A program made the translations under genes and the position numbers. A DNA stretch of 64,000 nucleotides from Azorhizobium sp. AG788 (GTDB taxonomy: Bacteria > Pseudomonadota > Alphaproteobacteria > Rhizobiales > Xanthobacteraceae): NCBI RefSeq assembly GCF_943371865.1, contig NZ_CALRWL010000017.1, forward strand, positions 40,829-104,828. The letters run 5' to 3'. The notes under the pieces were generated by a model. It had not been told where the DNA came from, did not search any database, and saw only the letters and a list, made by a program, of their open reading frames with translations. Every line of letters begins with the position of its first letter. Position 1 is the stretch's first letter. This document shows positions 60,701 through 64,000 of this stretch, piece after piece.

Positions 60701-63700
60701 GCGGTCCGCAGAATTCCAGCGCCAAGGCGGAAGCCACGCGCCGGCAGGGCGAAGCCTCCTCGCCGCAGACGTCCGCCTGGGTGTCGGCCAATGCAGGTTC
60801 CGGCAAGACCCATGTGCTGGCGCAGCGGGTGATCCGCCTGCTGCTCAACGGCACCGCGCCGGGTCGCATCCTGTGCTTGACGTATACCAAGGCTGCAGCG
60901 GCCAACATGGCCAACCGCGTGCTCTCCATCCTCAGCCGCTGGGCGTCCCTGGACGATCCGGCCCTGGATGCGGAGCTCCAGCGTACGGATACGGTGGCGC
61001 CCACGCCGGTCCTGCGCATCCAGGCGCGGCGGCTGTTCGCTGCGGCGCTGGAGACCCCCGGCGGGTTGAAGATCCAGACCATCCATGCCTTTTGCGGCGG
61101 CCTGCTGCATCGGTTTCCGTTCGAGGCCGGGGTGGCCGCTGGTTTCCGCGAACTGGATGAGGTCGGGCGCATCGAACTGATGTCGCGCATCCGCACCGCT
61201 CTGGTGGTGGAGGCCACCAGCCGTCCGGACAGTCCGCTCGGCCAGGCACTGGCGCGGCTGATGGAGGAAATCTCCGATGCCGGCATCGACGATCTGCTGG
61301 AGGCCTCGGTGGCCGCGCGCACGGCCATCACCGCCTTGGGCGGCGATGCGGCGGCGCGGCGGGCGCGGGTGGCGGCGATCCTGCGGGTGCCGCCGGAGGC
61401 GACCCGCGCCGGCATCGAGGCGCAGATGCTGGATAGTCCTTATGTACGGCCCGAGCATTGGGCCGATGTGGAGGCGGTGTTCCTCACCTCCGACAAGGCC
61501 AACGATCTCAAGCGGGCGGCGGCGCTGCGGGCGGCCATGTCCGCGCCCGAGCCCCAGGGCAAGCTGGCAGCCTATCGCGACCTGTTCTTCAAGGCCGATG
61601 GCGATCCGCGCAGCGACAAGGATCTGCTCACCAAGGGCCTGCGTCAGCAATATCCGGAACTGGCGTCCAATCTGGAAGCGGAACGCGAGCGCCTCGCCGA
61701 CTTGCAGGACACCTTGCGCGCGGTGCGGGCGCTCGAGCGCACCCAGGCGGCGCTGACGCTGGGGGCGGAAGCCTGCCGACGCTACACCACCGAGAAGGCC
61801 GACCGGGGCCTGCTGGATTTCGACGATCTCATCGCCCGCACCGCCGATCTGCTGGGCCGGGTGCCGGCCTCCTTCGTGCATTACAAGCTGGATCGCGGCA
61901 TCGATCATGTGCTGGTGGACGAGGCCCAGGACACCAGCCCCGATCAATGGCGGGTGGTGCAGGGGTTGGTCTCGGACTTTTTCGCCGGCGAGGGCGCCCG
62001 CGAAGGGGTGAAGCGTACCTTGTTCGTGGTGGGCGACGAGAAGCAGTCCATCTTCTCGTTCCAGGGCGCCGACCCGCGCGAATTCGGCCATATGCGCGCG
62101 GCGTTCGCCTCCGCTGCGGGCGCGGAGGATTTCCGCGAGATCCGACTGCCCCATTCCTTCCGCTCGGCGCCGGGGGTGCTGGAAGCAGTGGATGCCATCT
62201 TTGCCCGCGACGAGGCCAGCGCCGGGCTCACCATCGACAATGTGGCGCCGCCCCATGCCGCCATCCGCGCCGATGCCCCTGCTTTGGTGGAGATCTGGCC
62301 CACCACCACACCTTTGGTCCGCCCCAAGGTGGATGATTGGCGCAAGCCCCTGGACGAGGTGCCCGGCGACGATCCCATCAACCGCATGGCCGAGCGCATC
62401 GCCGGCTTCGTCCGCGCCGGCATCGCCGCCCGGATCGCCATTCCCGCCAAGGGCGGGCGGCCCATGCGGGCGGGCGATGTGCTGGTGCTGGTAAGGCGGC
62501 GGGGGCGCCTGTTCGAGGCGGTGATCCGGGCGCTGAAAGAGGCGGGCGGCGGCGTGGATGTGGCCGGCGCGGACCGGCTGGTTGTGGCGCAGCACATCGC
62601 GGCCCTCGACCTGATGGCGCTGGGCGATGCCTTGCTCTCGCCCGACGACGATCTGGCCTTGGCCTGCGTGCTCAAGAGCCCGCTGTTCGGCCTCACCGAT
62701 GACGATCTGCTGGCGCTGTGCCCCGGCCGCGAGGGGCGGCTCTTCACCGCGCTGGCGACCCATGGCGACGGCGCGGCAGCGTCGCGGCTGGATTTGTGGC
62801 GGGATGAGGCGCGCAGCCTGCGTCCGTTCGATTTCTATGCCCGCGTGCTGGGCCGCGATGGCGGCCGCCGGGCCATGCTGGCGCGCCTCGGACCCGAGGC
62901 GGCCGACGTGCTGGACGAATTCATGGCGCTCGCCCGCACCTATGAGAGCCTGGAGGCTGCCACCTTGCCAGGCTTCCTGGCCTTCCTGCGGCGGGGCGGC
63001 GCGGAGACCAAGCGCGACATGGAGAGCGGCCGCGACGAGGTGCGGGTGATGACCGTCCACGGCGCCAAGGGGCTGGAAGCGCCCATCGTGATCCTGGCGG
63101 ACACGGTGGATCTCCCCAAGGCCCGCACGTCGGGCGGTCTTCTCTCCGTCACCGCGCCCGATGGGGCGATCATTCCGGTGCTGGCGCCGCGCAAGCCGGA
63201 AGACCCCGAAGCCCTGGCCACCGCACGCGCCGCGGCCACCGCCCGCGAACTGGAGGAATATCGCCGCCTGCTCTACGTGGCTTTGACCCGGGCGGAGGAT
63301 GCGCTGATCGTCTGCGGCGCGGAGACCCGCCCCGCCGGCAAGGACAAGGATCACGCCCGGCCGCAGGGCTGCTGGTACGAACTGGTGCATGCGGCCTTGT
63401 TCCCCGATGCCACCTGGGTTCCGGCCCTGGGCTGGGAGGGGGAGGTGCTGCGTTGGAGCAAAGGCGGCGCCACCCTGGGCCATGCGGACATGCCGGGAGC
63501 GGCGCCGGCGAAAGCCGTGCCGCGCATGCCCCTGCTGCTGCCGCCTCTGGTGGCGCTTGCTGCCCCGCCCCGAGCGGTGCGGCCGTCCCGGGTGGATTCC
63601 GTCCCCACGCGCACCGGCGCGGCTGATCCCGCGGGTCTGGACCCGCTTGTGCGCGGCGATCTGGTGCATCGGCTTCTGGCCGGTCTGGGCCAGTTGGAGC

Positions 63701-64000
63701 CGGGACAGCAGGCGGCGGCCGGAACCCGGCTGCTGGACCATGTGGCGCACAGCCTGCCGGAGGTGATCCGGGCCGAGGTGCTGGACGAAGTTTTAGGTGT
63801 GCTGCGCCATGCGCCGCTGGCAGGTCTGTTCGGCGCCCATAGCGCAAGTGAGGTTCCGGTGGTGGGCCGGATCGCGGCCTCCGACGGTCGTCTGCTGGCG
63901 GTGAATGGCCGGCTGGATCGGCTGGCGGTGCTGCCCGATCGCTTGATTCTCGCCGACTTCAAAACCGATCACACCCCGCCGCGGGGCCTTGATCGCATTG
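60697..64000 (+). CDS. addA: double-strand break repair helicase-nuclease AddA, 3' end outside window
   Basis: I translated it by hand: MSGPQNSSAKAEATRRQGEASSPQTSAWVSANAGSGKTHVLAQRVIRLLLNGTAPGRILCLTYTKAAAANMANRV, a UvrD-like Walker A. The frame stays open to the window end, which is why the stop-bounded ORF track omits it. VLVDEAQDTSPDQW and VMTVHGAKGLEAPIV helicase motifs lie further on. Confidence 0.92.
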   Translation, partial: MSGPQNSSAKAEATRRQGEASSPQTSAWVSANAGSGKTHVLAQRVIRLLLNGTAPGRILCLTYTKAAAANMANRVLSILSRWASLDDPALDAELQRTDTVAPTPVLRIQARRLFAAALETPGGLKIQTIHAFCGGLLHRFPFEAGVAAGFRELDEVGRIELMSRIRTALVVEATSRPDSPLGQALARLMEEISDAGIDDLLEASVAARTAITALGGDAAARRARVAAILRVPPEATRAGIEAQMLDSPYVRPEHWADVEAVFLTSDKANDLKRAAALRAAMSAPEPQGKLAAYRDLFFKADGDPRSDKDLLTKGLRQQYPELASNLEAERERLADLQDTLRAVRALERTQAALTLGAEACRRYTTEKADRGLLDFDDLIARTADLLGRVPASFVHYKLDRGIDHVLVDEAQDTSPDQWRVVQGLVSDFFAGEGAREGVKRTLFVVGDEKQSIFSFQGADPREFGHMRAAFASAAGAEDFREIRLPHSFRSAPGVLEAVDAIFARDEASAGLTIDNVAPPHAAIRADAPALVEIWPTTTPLVRPKVDDWRKPLDEVPGDDPINRMAERIAGFVRAGIAARIAIPAKGGRPMRAGDVLVLVRRRGRLFEAVIRALKEAGGGVDVAGADRLVVAQHIAALDLMALGDALLSPDDDLALACVLKSPLFGLTDDDLLALCPGREGRLFTALATHGDGAAASRLDLWRDEARSLRPFDFYARVLGRDGGRRAMLARLGPEAADVLDEFMALARTYESLEAATLPGFLAFLRRGGAETKRDMESGRDEVRVMTVHGAKGLEAPIVILADTVDLPKARTSGGLLSVTAPDGAIIPVLAPRKPEDPEALATARAAATARELEEYRRLLYVALTRAEDALIVCGAETRPAGKDKDHARPQGCWYELVHAALFPDATWVPALGWEGEVLRWSKGGATLGHADMPGAAPAKAVPRMPLLLPPLVALAAPPRAVRPSRVDSVPTRTGAADPAGLDPLVRGDLVHRLLAGLGQLEPGQQAAAGTRLLDHVAHSLPEVIRAEVLDEVLGVLRHAPLAGLFGAHSASEVPVVGRIAASDGRLLAVNGRLDRLAVLPDRLILADFKTDHTPPRGLDRI

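Overview
This is a visibly GC-rich, densely coded chromosomal core segment. Its gene content and synteny look alphaproteobacterial (Hyphomicrobiales/Rhizobiales-like). I support about 60 protein genes, two tRNA genes and one riboswitch.

Gene order, left to right:
- Xi-class GST fragment, divergent HxlR regulator/azoR, an LLM flavin oxidoreductase, and an orphan GT-A-like gene.
- ffh and rpsP-rimM-trmD-rplS on the minus strand.
- A Tat-exported MBL hydrolase plus an unknown secreted protein, then gabD.
- A cobalamin cluster of about 15.5 kb of aerobic type: cobB, cbiD, cobL-cobE-cobM, cobK, and a B12-riboswitch-led operon DUF1636-cobW-cobN-cobG-cobH-cobI-cobJ.
- aroA-cmk and a TIGR02300 protein.
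- A tandemly duplicated tRNA-Ala(GGC).
- An MBL hydrolase and a DUF993 protein.
- An RNase D-like exonuclease and lptC-lptA-lptB-rpoN.
- A solute-symporter-fused hybrid histidine kinase.
- A 770-bp poorly coding, partly AT-rich gap, followed by two tandem CPBP intramembrane proteases.
- ubiE-ubiB, an Acg-type nitroreductase, coaBC-dut, Rrf2-cysK, and an SGNH-like secreted protein.
- A PAS histidine kinase, a tsaE/kinase fusion, murU-like, addB, and addA (3' end outside the window).

I saw no transposase, integrase, CRISPR array, toxin-antitoxin pair or recognisable defence system, and I cannot point to a convincing new multi-gene system.

The most unusual things I can actually see:
1. A roughly 285-codon in-frame insertion in cobN, built from three REP-like palindromic units plus about 2.7 copies of a 156-bp (52-codon) Cys-containing tandem repeat.
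2. Head-to-head cob gene pairs with essentially no intergenic space.
3. The AT-rich gap with its small ORF and the two tandem CPBP genes, one of which has altered catalytic motifs.
4. An orphan symporter-kinase sitting where hpf/ptsN usually follow rpoN.

Start codons are often ambiguous; stop coordinates are reliable. Many long ORFs in the six-frame track are antisense shadows typical of high-GC DNA and were not called.
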